Shown in pieces: positions 1-8,898 of a stretch of DNA of 51,074 bases (position 1 is the stretch's first letter; every line of letters starts with the position of its first letter). Source of the DNA: Coleofasciculus chthonoplastes F2-STO-03 (GTDB lineage: Bacteria; Cyanobacteriota; Cyanobacteriia; Cyanobacteriales; Coleofasciculaceae). The translations under genes were made by a program, and so were the position numbers. Below the pieces are notes generated by a model, which saw nothing but the letters and a program-made list of their open reading frames with translations, was not told the DNA's origin and made no database searches. The stretch lies in the NCBI GenBank assembly GCA_040222015.1, contig JAVJWO010000111.1, positions 1 through 51,074 of the forward strand. Reading direction: 5' to 3'.

Positions 1-136
1 CGCTACTAATACCCAATTTAACTCGCTACTAATACCCAATTTAACTCGCTACTAATACCCAATTTAACTCGCTACTAATACCCAATTTAACTCGCTACTA
101 ATACCCAATTTAACTCGCTACTAATACCCAATTTAA
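1..136. repeat. 23-bp tandem repeat (CGCTACTAATACCCAATTTAACT), 5 full copies plus 1 partial, running off the window start
   Basis: Identical units at 1, 24, 47, 70 and 93, and a 21-bp partial at 116. No spacers. Confidence 0.97.
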
Positions 137-184
137 ATGCATTACAGCTTGTTAAAGCTAACATAATTATTCGATAAAGGTCAA

Positions 185-796
185 TTAAGGTTTGATCATC
201 AAAAACACGCCAACAGCAATCATTATACAGCCGGCAATCCTATTTATTCCCTTTCCTATTCTAGAACTGATCAGTAATCTCGCTCTATTCGCCAGGAATG
301 CATAACCGAGTTTGACACCGCCTACAGCTACGGTAGTAATCGCGATAATGATGAGAGTATCAAGATAAGAGATTTGGGAAAGATCAATGAAAGCTGGGAA
401 AAACCCCAGATAAAATAAAGTTGCTTTTTGATCAGCTAATGTAATAGATAATCCGGCGATAAAACTAGACAGCCAAGAAGACTCTACAACTGCCTGCGTT
501 TCCAAATTATTCAATTTTGACCGACATAACCCTATTCCTAACCAGACAAGATAAGCACCACCCAGGTACTTGATCAGGAAAAATAAGCCTCCCATTTTTG
601 CCGCCAGCAGTGATAAACCCCAAATGGCAATGAGAATGAAGATAATGTCACCGACTACTATTCCTAGGGTGGTGAAAACACCATGAATGAAGCCAGATGT
701 AGCGGATCGGGTGGAGACAGTTAATACACTGACACTGGGAATAGAAGCCAGAACAACCATCGCACTGAATAATGCAACAATGGTGCTAAATGTCAT
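185..796 (-). CDS. LysE/RhtB-family amino acid exporter
   Basis: 203-aa hydrophobic protein with GDII, LIKYLGGAYLVWLG and KATLFYLGFFPAF motifs. Confidence 0.9.
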   Translation of the reverse strand: MTFSTIVALFSAMVVLASIPSVSVLTVSTRSATSGFIHGVFTTLGIVVGDIIFILIAIWGLSLLAAKMGGLFFLIKYLGGAYLVWLGIGLCRSKLNNLETQAVVESSWLSSFIAGLSITLADQKATLFYLGFFPAFIDLSQISYLDTLIIIAITTVAVGGVKLGYAFLANRARLLISSRIGKGINRIAGCIMIAVGVFLMIKP

Positions 797-919
797 AAGT
801 AGGTGGACACAATTAAAGTTAACTGTTGAGATTAGGGAACAGGGAACAGGGAACAGTAAGGGTTTTAGGGCGGTTTATAAAACTTAATACAGTGCCGTTT
901 TCTTTTGTCCGACTACTTA
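796..919. mobile_element. ~124-bp MITE-like element with imperfect TIRs (TAAGTAGGTGGACA...TGTCCGACTACTTA) and internal AGGGAAC heptamers
   Basis: Homologous copy of near-identical length at 33027-33149 and a degenerate copy at about 25781-25933. Confidence 0.7.
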
Positions 920-960
920 CTGCTGTTCATAACAATTGAATCGTTAATTGTGGGATAACT

Positions 961-1054
961 TGTAGGTTGGGTTAAGCCACGAAACCCAACAAGGTGAAGA
1001 CGCAATGGGAGCATGGATTTGATAAAGGGCACGATAGATAGTATCGTGCCCCTA
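961..1054. repeat. Two REP-like palindromes (GTAGGTTGGGTT...AACCCAAC and GGGCACGATA...TATCGTGCCCCTAC)
   Basis: GTAG/CTAC-tagged hairpins downstream of sir. Confidence 0.7.
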
Positions 1055-1098
1055 CCCCATCAATCTTAATCAGTTAAGCTCGATTTAGGATGACTGAT

Positions 1099-3003
1099 TT
1101 AGGATGACTGATTTAGAAACGCCTCGATCGCGTCAGCAGCCAGATGGCTAATCGGCTTACCTTGACTGGCGGCGGCATCTTTGAGACGGCTGTACAGATC
1201 ATCGTTGAGGGAAATCCGATGTCGGGTTTTCTTAGTGGGTTTAGGGAAGACGTAATTGGCAGAATACTCCCGAATTGCATCAAATCCCACGCGATCGCAG
1301 AAATCACCGAAACTTTCCCCAAGTTCGCGCTGTTGCTTAAATTGCATGAACATGGGTTCGAGGAAGGATTCGAGTTCTTCAATCGGCAGTTTTTCGATAT
1401 AGGCTCGTGCTAACCTCGTTTGATCCGGTGAACCACCTAACCACATTTGATATTTCCCAGGCGCACTCCCCACAAATCCTAATTCTGCCATGTAAGGTCT
1501 GGCACATCCATTCGGACATCCCGTCATCCGGATGACAAAATGGTCATCCTTTAATCCCAACTTGTCCAACAGCGCCCGAATTCGTGCCGTAATCCCTGGA
1601 ATTGCCCGTTCTGATTCAGTAATCGCTAACCCACAGGTGGGAAGGGCGGGACAAGCCATGGAATAGCGGACTAGGGGTTCAATTCCCTCTGGGGTGATTT
1701 GAACTCCGTGTTGGTTGAGAATCTGTTCGATGGGTTGCTGCTGGTTCTTTTCAATCTCATACAGAATGGCATTGTGATTAGGTGTTAGCCGCATGGGTAG
1801 GTCAAATTGCTTGACAATTTCCCGTAAAGCTGTCTTTAACTGGAAGTTCCCCTCATCTTTGACTCGCCCATTCTCAATGGAAATGCCTAAAAATAACTTA
1901 CCGTCTCCTTGCTCGTTCCATCCCAGATAGTCTTTGTATTTAAAGGCAGGGAGAGGTTTGTAGGGGGCGATAGGCTTACCAAAGTAGTCTTCAACCTTAG
2001 CACGGAACTTATCAACGCCCCAATCATTGATCAGGTACTTCATGCGGGCATGACGACGATTTACGCGATCGCCATAGTCTCGCTGAGTTGCCACAATCGC
2101 TTTGATCAAATCAAAGATATCCTCTTTTGCCACATAACCAATCGGATCAGCCATACGGGCAAAGGTTTCTTCCTTATTATGGGTGCGCCCTAAACCACCA
2201 CCGGCGAGAACATTGAATCCTTCTAATTCTCCCTGCTGATTCATCATCACCACCAAGCTAACGTCTTGGGTGTAGAGATCAACGGAGTTATCGCCGGGAA
2301 CGGTAACACTACACTTAAACTTACGGGGCATATAGTGTTCCCCGTAAATCGGTTCTTCTTTATCCGCGAATATCGTACCGTTACCATTACGTTGACGCGC
2401 CGCTTTCACCTCTGGGGCTTCTTCAGCGCTAATTGCCTTTTCCCCATCCAGCCAAATTTCATAATAAGCGCCCGTCTGAGGGGTTAATAAATCGGCAATT
2501 TTATCGGCATACTCCCAGGCATATTGGTAATCAGGACGAGTCTTGAACGGCGCAGGAGGTGCCATAACGTTGCGATTTAAGTCCCCGCAAGCGCCCAAAG
2601 TTGAACCCAGATTGCGGACAATGGCAGCAATCGTTGCCTTTAAGTTCTTTTTGAGAATACCGTGAAGCTGAAACCCTTGGCGAGTGGTGACTCGCATCGT
2701 ATGGTTCCCGTATTGATCAGAAAGTTGATCGAGTGTCAGATAGAGTTGAGGGGGGATAAACCCGCCAGGAGAACGGGTTCGCAGCATGAACTGATAGTCT
2801 TTTTCTTGCCCTTTAACCCGATTATCGCGGTCATCTTGCTGGTAGGAACCATGAAATTTAAGAATTTGTACGGCATCACCACTGAAATGGGTGGTGTCTG
2901 AGAGCAACTCACTGGCTACGGGTTCGCGTAAGCAGTTACTGCGTTCTTTTATGCCTTCAAGTTTAGACGTTTTCTGTACAGAGGGATTCTGAGATACAAC
3001 CAT
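1099..3003 (-). CDS. sir: Ferredoxin-dependent sulfite reductase
   Basis: [34 protein letters not shown] and [13 protein letters not shown] siroheme/[4Fe-4S] motifs. Confidence 0.96.
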   Translation of the reverse strand: MVVSQNPSVQKTSKLEGIKERSNCLREPVASELLSDTTHFSGDAVQILKFHGSYQQDDRDNRVKGQEKDYQFMLRTRSPGGFIPPQLYLTLDQLSDQYGNHTMRVTTRQGFQLHGILKKNLKATIAAIVRNLGSTLGACGDLNRNVMAPPAPFKTRPDYQYAWEYADKIADLLTPQTGAYYEIWLDGEKAISAEEAPEVKAARQRNGNGTIFADKEEPIYGEHYMPRKFKCSVTVPGDNSVDLYTQDVSLVVMMNQQGELEGFNVLAGGGLGRTHNKEETFARMADPIGYVAKEDIFDLIKAIVATQRDYGDRVNRRHARMKYLINDWGVDKFRAKVEDYFGKPIAPYKPLPAFKYKDYLGWNEQGDGKLFLGISIENGRVKDEGNFQLKTALREIVKQFDLPMRLTPNHNAILYEIEKNQQQPIEQILNQHGVQITPEGIEPLVRYSMACPALPTCGLAITESERAIPGITARIRALLDKLGLKDDHFVIRMTGCPNGCARPYMAELGFVGSAPGKYQMWLGGSPDQTRLARAYIEKLPIEELESFLEPMFMQFKQQRELGESFGDFCDRVGFDAIREYSANYVFPKPTKKTRHRISLNDDLYSRLKDAAASQGKPISHLAADAIEAFLNQSS

Positions 3004-3111
3004 GGATGCTATAAGTCCGAACGGATCAGCTATATTACCGTAACTCTATGGGGATTACGTTGAATATTCTGATCCTAATACCTGTTTAATAAGTGTGGGC
3101 GCGACTTTGAT

Positions 3112-3525
3112 GTGACATCCTCCCACACCAAATCAAAGATTCTAGTGTGGGCTTCCAAGCTTCACAACTTGGATTTCCTGCTTTTTCCCCTTCGGCTACG
3201 CGGTAGCTGAGCCTGTCGAAGCTCAGGGGATTTCGACACTTACCTAGACTGAGACGAGTACATTTCAGTCCCCGGTAGACCGTCTGCACAGGCAGTTTCC
3301 ATTCCCGCTAGCCCAGCGGTACTAGTTAGTTTGATTTGCGTTGGTTGTTGTTATCGAATTCGTTACTCAACTCACGGTGCAGCAATTTCAACTAGCTTTG
3401 TGAGCAGATGTATCGAAGTCAATGTCAATTTACCACATTGAGGTTGGGGGAGTCCAGTGTATCCCAACGCCCAATTAAAAATTATGGCGTGGGTCTTATT
3501 GCTCCCCCAAAACCCACAAACAATT
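3112..3525 (-). mobile_element. Non-autonomous miniature IS200/IS605 element: left end plus tnpB 3'/omegaRNA-like region plus right end (left boundary approximate)
   Basis: Right end GTGACATCCTCCCACACC..AAGATT..GTGTGGGCTTCC matches 12078-12122. Segment 3443-3515 matches 13088-13155. No transposase or TnpB ORF. Confidence 0.8.
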
Positions 3526-3719
3526 AGATAAATTCCCGTACCCGTATAGAGGGCGATGGTATAGAGAACCGTTTCCCGGTCTGCTTTCATTGCCGCTTCA
3601 GGGGAAGCGTAACCGGGTCCACAACAAGCATGGGTAATAGGACAACGTTTGATTCTTGATTTTTGATTTTATCCGAATATTTGGCGCTAATTTTTCGCCC
3701 GATCTGCGATGATGGGCTT

Positions 3720-3747
3720 TTGCACGATGACGTGTAAGGTGTATAAT
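3720..3747 (+). promoter_or_regulatory. Candidate sigma70-type promoter of the hsdM operon (TTGCAC-N16-TATAAT)
   Basis: Perfect TATAAT at 3742-3747 with 8 nt between it and the hsdM ATG. Confidence 0.5.
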
Positions 3748-3755
3748 TTTTACTT

Positions 3756-5210
3756 ATGAGTACTGTCACCCATGATATTGTTGCCAAACTCTGGAATCTC
3801 TGCAATATCCTCAAAGACGACGGAGTAACTTACCATCAGTACGTGATCGAACTGACGTACCTGCTGTTTCTGAAGATGGCGAAGGAAACTGGCACCGAGC
3901 GTCAACTTCCGGAGGGTTATCGCTGGGATGATCTAGAGGGACAAACAGAGAAGCCCTTGGAATTCTATAAGGGGCTGTTGAGCTATTTAGGCAGTCACGG
4001 CTCTACGTTGGTTAAAGAAATTTTTACCGATGCCCATTCTTCTATTAAAAAGGACACGACACTTTCCACCCTAGTCACTGAGATTGACAAGCTTGACTGG
4101 TACAGTGCCAAGCGAGAAGGACTGGGTGATATCTACGAAGGGTTGTTAGAGAAAAACGCCAATGAAAAAAAGGCTGGGGCTGGGCAGTATTTTACGCCCC
4201 GTCCGCTAATTGACAGTATGGTACGTGTGATGCGTCCTACCCTGGATGACATCATTCAAGACCCTGCGGCGGGTACAGGTGGATTTTTAATTGCTGCCAA
4301 TCGCTATATCCGAGAACATAGTAATCCGGATGGTTGGACTAAAAAACAAAACAACAAATATCACGGCAATACCTTTTATGGCATGGAGCATGTCCAAGAC
4401 ACCCATCGTCTGGCATTAATGAATTTGATCCTCCATGGGCTAGATTCTGATCCGCAAGGTGCAGGCATAAAGTATGGTGATACGCTTTCACCGGATGGAC
4501 AAGCCTTACCGCAGGCTACACTGATTCTCACCAATCCACCATTTGGTAGCAAAAAAGGTGGAGGCTTGCCTAACCGTTCAGATTTTGAGTTTCCCACCAG
4601 CAATAAACAGTTTTGCTTCTTGCAACACATCTACCTGGGGTTGAAGCCCGGAGGTCGTGCTGCTGCGGTGTTTCCTGACAATGTGCTGTTTGAAAGCAAC
4701 GTGGGACGGCAGATCCGGGCTGCTTTGATGAACAAATGCAATCTGCATACAATTTTGCGTTTACCCTCTGGTATTTTCTATGCTCAGGGTGTTAAGACAA
4801 ACGTGTTATTTTTTACCCGTGGTAAGAAGCAAACAGGCAATACAAAAGAAGTGTGGGTATATGACCTGCGGACTAACACTCCCCAGTTTGGTCGGCGGAC
4901 ATCGCTAAGGCGTGAACATTTGGCTGAGTTTGAAGCCTTCTTTGGCGATGATCCATTGGGTGGTGCTGCTAGTCTGACACAGCGTACTGACACTGGAGAA
5001 GAAGGACGCTTTAGACGATTTTCCCGTGACTGGATTGCTGAACGTGACGACAATTTAGACATCTCCTGGCTCAAGGATGAACGGGAAGAGGAGAACGGCG
5101 AGTTACCTGAACCTGCAATCCTTGCCCAGGAAGCAATCAGTGAACTGGAAGCAGCAATAGCCGAGTTACAGGGCATTGTGCAAGAATTGGGAGAGGAAAT
5201 CAGTTTGTAG
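3756..5210 (+). CDS. hsdM: Type I restriction-modification N6-adenine methyltransferase subunit, EcoKI/type IA-like
   Basis: N-terminus DIVAKLWNLCNILKDDGV..LLFLKM..LPEGYRWDDL, GAGQYFTPR, motif I DPAAGTGGF, motif IV NPPF and LPSGIFYAQGVKTNVLFF. Confidence 0.96.
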   Translation: MSTVTHDIVAKLWNLCNILKDDGVTYHQYVIELTYLLFLKMAKETGTERQLPEGYRWDDLEGQTEKPLEFYKGLLSYLGSHGSTLVKEIFTDAHSSIKKDTTLSTLVTEIDKLDWYSAKREGLGDIYEGLLEKNANEKKAGAGQYFTPRPLIDSMVRVMRPTLDDIIQDPAAGTGGFLIAANRYIREHSNPDGWTKKQNNKYHGNTFYGMEHVQDTHRLALMNLILHGLDSDPQGAGIKYGDTLSPDGQALPQATLILTNPPFGSKKGGGLPNRSDFEFPTSNKQFCFLQHIYLGLKPGGRAAAVFPDNVLFESNVGRQIRAALMNKCNLHTILRLPSGIFYAQGVKTNVLFFTRGKKQTGNTKEVWVYDLRTNTPQFGRRTSLRREHLAEFEAFFGDDPLGGAASLTQRTDTGEEGRFRRFSRDWIAERDDNLDISWLKDEREEENGELPEPAILAQEAISELEAAIAELQGIVQELGEEISL

Positions 5211-5226
5211 GTACAGAGTGAGAACG

Positions 5227-5411
5227 ATGCAGAGCATCACACTAAAATCCCATATCGGTAGTGATGGTCTTTTGAAGGTTCATTTACCTGACATGAAAGA
5301 TACGGATATCGAGGTTGTCATTGTCTATCAAACAATACTGCTCAAAGGAGTTGAAGCTTCCTCTGTTTCACGGTTTTACGGATGTATTCAAGATGACTCA
5401 TTTATTAGACA
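5227..5411 (+). pseudogene. Small antitoxin-like gene, 3' end lost
   Basis: MQSITLKSHIGSDGLLKVHLP..DIEVVIVYQ..FYGCIQDDSFIRH resembles small cyanobacterial partners of PIN toxins and runs directly into toxin fragments. Confidence 0.6.
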
Positions 5412-5551
5412 TTGTCAAGGCAGAACTCTGCTTTGGAGCGATGAAAAGTGGAATGGCTCTGAAAAATAATCTAATGCTAGTGATACATAATACAAGAGAC
5501 TTTGGTTCTGTGGATGGGTTACACATGGAAGATTGGGAGGTTGAAGTGTGA
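5412..5551 (+). pseudogene. VapC/PIN toxin remnant with internal deletions
   Basis: IVKAELCFGAMKS (mid-PIN motif) is joined directly to ALKNNLMLVIHNTRDFGSVDGLHMEDWE (PIN C-terminus). The N-terminus is missing. Confidence 0.75.
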
Positions 5552-8500
5552 ATGAGCTTCCAGAAGGTTGGGCAAGTACATTTTTCGGCGAAATTAACTG
5601 TTTTTCGCCAATAACGCTTAATCCTTCACAATTTGGTGATGAGATATTTGAGTTATTCAGTGTGCCAAGTTTTCAAAACCGTAAACCTGAAATTGTTAGA
5701 GGAAAGGAAATAGGTTCAACAAAACAAATTGTTGAATATGATGATGTCCTTGTCTGCAAGATTAACCCAAGGATTAATCGTGTGTGGCAGGTTACACCGA
5801 AGCGGGAATATCAACAGATTGCATCCTCAGAGTGGATTGTTATGAGATCACCTGAACTGGATGCTAGTTATTTGACGCACTACTTTTCAAGTGCCGAATT
5901 TCGCAAAATGATGTGTGCTGAAGTTTCAGGTGTTGGGGGATCTCTCACACGGGTACAGCCAAAGCGCGTTGCAACATTTCCAGTAAAAATTGCTCCTCTT
6001 AATGAGCAAAAACGTATTGCTGATAAGCTCGATGCATTGTTGGCGCGGGTGAATGCGTGTCGCGATCGCCTAGAGCGTGTATCGTGCATTCTTAAAGATT
6101 TCCGACAAGCTGTTATCGCTGATGCAACATCAGGCAAGTTAACACAGAACTGGCGCACTGAACATATAAATGTCTCTTGGAATAGAGAAATTGAAGATGA
6201 ATTAACCAAGTTTTGCTTTACCGATGCACCTTGCTTTGGTGATTTTAGATTTCCAGTAAGTTGGAATGTAGCTCGATTAGGAGAGATTGCAGAAATTGTT
6301 GGTGGAATCACAAAAGATTCAAAGAAGCAAGATCCAGCAGATGAGGAATTGCCTTATTTAAGAGTTGCTAATGTGCAACGAGGTTTTTTCGATTTAAGTG
6401 AGATAAAAACTATTCGAGTACCCCAGCGACGCATTGAAGAATTGTTGCTCAGTCGAGGGGATATCCTTTTTAACGAAGGTGGTGATATTGATAAGCTTGG
6501 TAGAGGCTGGGTATGGGACGGTGAAATTGAACGCTGTACATTTCAAAATCACGTATTCAGAGTCCGTCTTAAAAACGAACTTTTTGAACCAAAATTCTTT
6601 TCTTGGTATGGCAATTTACGGGGAGCCGCCTACTTTCTTTCTGTTGGCAAACAGACGACAAATCTAGCTTCAATCAATAAATCTCTTTTATCTGCATTAC
6701 CGATAGTTATTCCTCCGGCAGAAGAACAGAGTGAAATTGTTCGCCGTATAGAGGTATTATTTGCTTACGCCGATCGCATTGAATCTCGCTATCAAAATGC
6801 TCTAACACGAGTCGAACAGTTAACACCTACTTTGTTGTCTAAAGCATTTCGTGGTGAATTAGTGTCACAAGATCCCGATGATGAACCAGCCTCTGTACTG
6901 CTAGAGAGAATAAAATCTGAAAAAAGGCGCATGGACTCTAAGCGAAAGACCACACGAACTGTCCGATCTAAAACCAAAGAAAAGCCAACAAGCTCTATGC
7001 CAAAATCATTAGATGATTGTGTAAAAGCTCTTCGCTCTGCATTTCAACAATTGGGAGGTCAAACAGATGCTGACAAGCTTTTTGACCAAGCCGGATTCCA
7101 AGCAGAAGAAGTTGTGCAGTTTTATGAGGCGTTACAGGCAACTCCTGAAGTGCGCGTTGCTTTCGAGAAATCAACGCAAGAATACTCTGTACAAACACAA
7201 AGCTCAATTGCCAAGGGTGGAAACGATCACCCTTCACAGAAAGGCTCTTTTCGATTGATAGAGCTTTGGTTAGAGGATTTCAAGAATCTGACCGATTATA
7301 CAGTACGCTTCGACCCCTCTCACAGCATAGATATCGTTCTTGGCTGGAACGGTACTGGAAAATCCAACCTTTTTGAAGCCTTGGTCATTATCTTTCGTGA
7401 CCTGTACAAATGGTGGGAAAAGAATCAGTGGACAGAGAACCCCATGAAAGGTTATCGACTCCGTTATGTAATGAACGAAAAAATAATAGAGGTTTCTTGG
7501 CAACCAGGTGCGATGAAGCGACCTAAGTTGAAGATGGGTACACTTCAAGCAGGAAAAGACGAGCCTGAGCAATTGAAAAGTATTGCCCGCCAAAAACTCT
7601 TATTACCTCGATTTATATTTGGTTACTATTCAGGACCGACAAATCGCTTGGCTGATCATTTCTTGCCAATGAATCAAGCTCACTACAATAGCTTGCGAGA
7701 TGCAAAATCTGATGATCCAGAGACTCTTGCGAACCTTTTGGAGAAGCGCCGCTTTTTCTGTGCCGAAAACCACCATGCCAAATATGTTTTACTAGCCTTT
7801 TTTCATAAGGAAGATCCTGCTATCAGCCAATTTCTTGAAGAGAGACTGCGAATTGTTGGCTTCGAGTCGGCATTGTTCGTTATTCGTAAGCCTCGCTGGG
7901 CAAAATCTGGGAATGCTGCTGAATTTTGGGGGGCGCGTGGTGTTATGCGACGTGTCATGGAGCGACTCCGGCGATTTGCGATTGCCCCAATGGTGGTTAA
8001 ACAGACTGTGAGAGAGGGTTATAGATCAAGGAGTGAGGAACATTACTACTTCTTCCTGCCTGATTTGCAGAGCTTGCACGCCTTTGCCGCTGAATACCAA
8101 GATGCCCGGACATTTTTCCTAGCTCTTGAAAGTATAGATTTTTCTGAATTGATCTATGACCTAAACATTCAGGTTCGTGTAGAGGCGACGAAAACAGAGC
8201 AAGTGGCAATTACATTTCATGAATTAAGTGAGGGTGAGCAACAATTACTCATGGTATTGGGCTTAATGCGTTTTACAAAATCTCATCAGTCTTTAGTGTT
8301 GCTTGACGAACCGGACACGCATCTCAATCCCCATTGGAGCGTAGATTACCTGAAACTCCTCACTCGTGTAATGAGCGAGAATTCGGGTGAGTCGGAAGAA
8401 CAACAAACAAGCCAAATTCTCATGTCAACTCATGATCCTTTGGTCATAGCAAGTCTCTTGAAGGAGCAAATTCACCTTCTCAAACGGGATTGGCAAACAG

Positions 8501-8898
8501 GTGCTTGTAAATGGGATCAGCCAACTGTTAATCCGCGCGGACTTGGATTCACTGGCATCCTTACGAGTGAGATGTTTGGGATGCGGAGTGATCTGGATGA
8601 GGAAACGCTTGCCGACCTAGATACAAAGGTTCGTCTAGTTGCTAAGGAAGATTCTCTAACTCCAGAGGAAGCTATAGAACTCGAAGAAGTCAACAAACGT
8701 TTAGAAGATGCGGGATTTCAAAAGGCTTTCAGTGATCCATACTATGCAGCTTTTATCCGTGCCTGGAGTCGTAGATACAGTGACTTGATGAGTGGTACTC
8801 GATTCCTCAGTCCAGATCAACGAGAAGAGGTTGATCAGATTGCTGGTGAAGTTCTCGAAGAAATCTTAGCCGAATTGCAGGCAGAGGTCGCTAACTAA
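5548..8898 (+). CDS. hsdS: Fusion of a type I R-M specificity subunit (two TRDs) and a C-terminal ABC/AAA_21-like ATPase (PtuA-like)
   Basis: HsdS part: ELPEGW, PLNEQKRIADKLD..SGKLT, PPAEEQSEIVRRIE..LLSKAFRGEL..DEPASVLLERI. ATPase part: Walker A GWNGTGKS (7342-7365), signature LSEGEQ, Walker B LVLLDEPD, H-loop STHDP. One uninterrupted 1116-aa ORF. Confidence 0.93.
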   Translation: MNELPEGWASTFFGEINCFSPITLNPSQFGDEIFELFSVPSFQNRKPEIVRGKEIGSTKQIVEYDDVLVCKINPRINRVWQVTPKREYQQIASSEWIVMRSPELDASYLTHYFSSAEFRKMMCAEVSGVGGSLTRVQPKRVATFPVKIAPLNEQKRIADKLDALLARVNACRDRLERVSCILKDFRQAVIADATSGKLTQNWRTEHINVSWNREIEDELTKFCFTDAPCFGDFRFPVSWNVARLGEIAEIVGGITKDSKKQDPADEELPYLRVANVQRGFFDLSEIKTIRVPQRRIEELLLSRGDILFNEGGDIDKLGRGWVWDGEIERCTFQNHVFRVRLKNELFEPKFFSWYGNLRGAAYFLSVGKQTTNLASINKSLLSALPIVIPPAEEQSEIVRRIEVLFAYADRIESRYQNALTRVEQLTPTLLSKAFRGELVSQDPDDEPASVLLERIKSEKRRMDSKRKTTRTVRSKTKEKPTSSMPKSLDDCVKALRSAFQQLGGQTDADKLFDQAGFQAEEVVQFYEALQATPEVRVAFEKSTQEYSVQTQSSIAKGGNDHPSQKGSFRLIELWLEDFKNLTDYTVRFDPSHSIDIVLGWNGTGKSNLFEALVIIFRDLYKWWEKNQWTENPMKGYRLRYVMNEKIIEVSWQPGAMKRPKLKMGTLQAGKDEPEQLKSIARQKLLLPRFIFGYYSGPTNRLADHFLPMNQAHYNSLRDAKSDDPETLANLLEKRRFFCAENHHAKYVLLAFFHKEDPAISQFLEERLRIVGFESALFVIRKPRWAKSGNAAEFWGARGVMRRVMERLRRFAIAPMVVKQTVREGYRSRSEEHYYFFLPDLQSLHAFAAEYQDARTFFLALESIDFSELIYDLNIQVRVEATKTEQVAITFHELSEGEQQLLMVLGLMRFTKSHQSLVLLDEPDTHLNPHWSVDYLKLLTRVMSENSGESEEQQTSQILMSTHDPLVIASLLKEQIHLLKRDWQTGACKWDQPTVNPRGLGFTGILTSEMFGMRSDLDEETLADLDTKVRLVAKEDSLTPEEAIELEEVNKRLEDAGFQKAFSDPYYAAFIRAWSRRYSDLMSGTRFLSPDQREEVDQIAGEVLEEILAELQAEVAN

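Noticed and set aside
1..136. Possible CRISPR array
   Set aside because: The units are head-to-tail with no unique spacers, and there are no cas genes in the window.
3086..3814. Short ORFs 3086-3289, 3372-3590 and 3587-3814
   Set aside because: They lie within the mini-IS ends or antisense to hsdM and its promoter, with no protein-family signal beyond a TnpB tail remnant.
6925..8898. C-terminal half of the 1116-aa ORF as a fused HsdR
   Set aside because: The motifs are ABC-type (signature, D-loop, H-loop). There are no DEAD-box helicase motifs and no PD-(D/E)xK nuclease.
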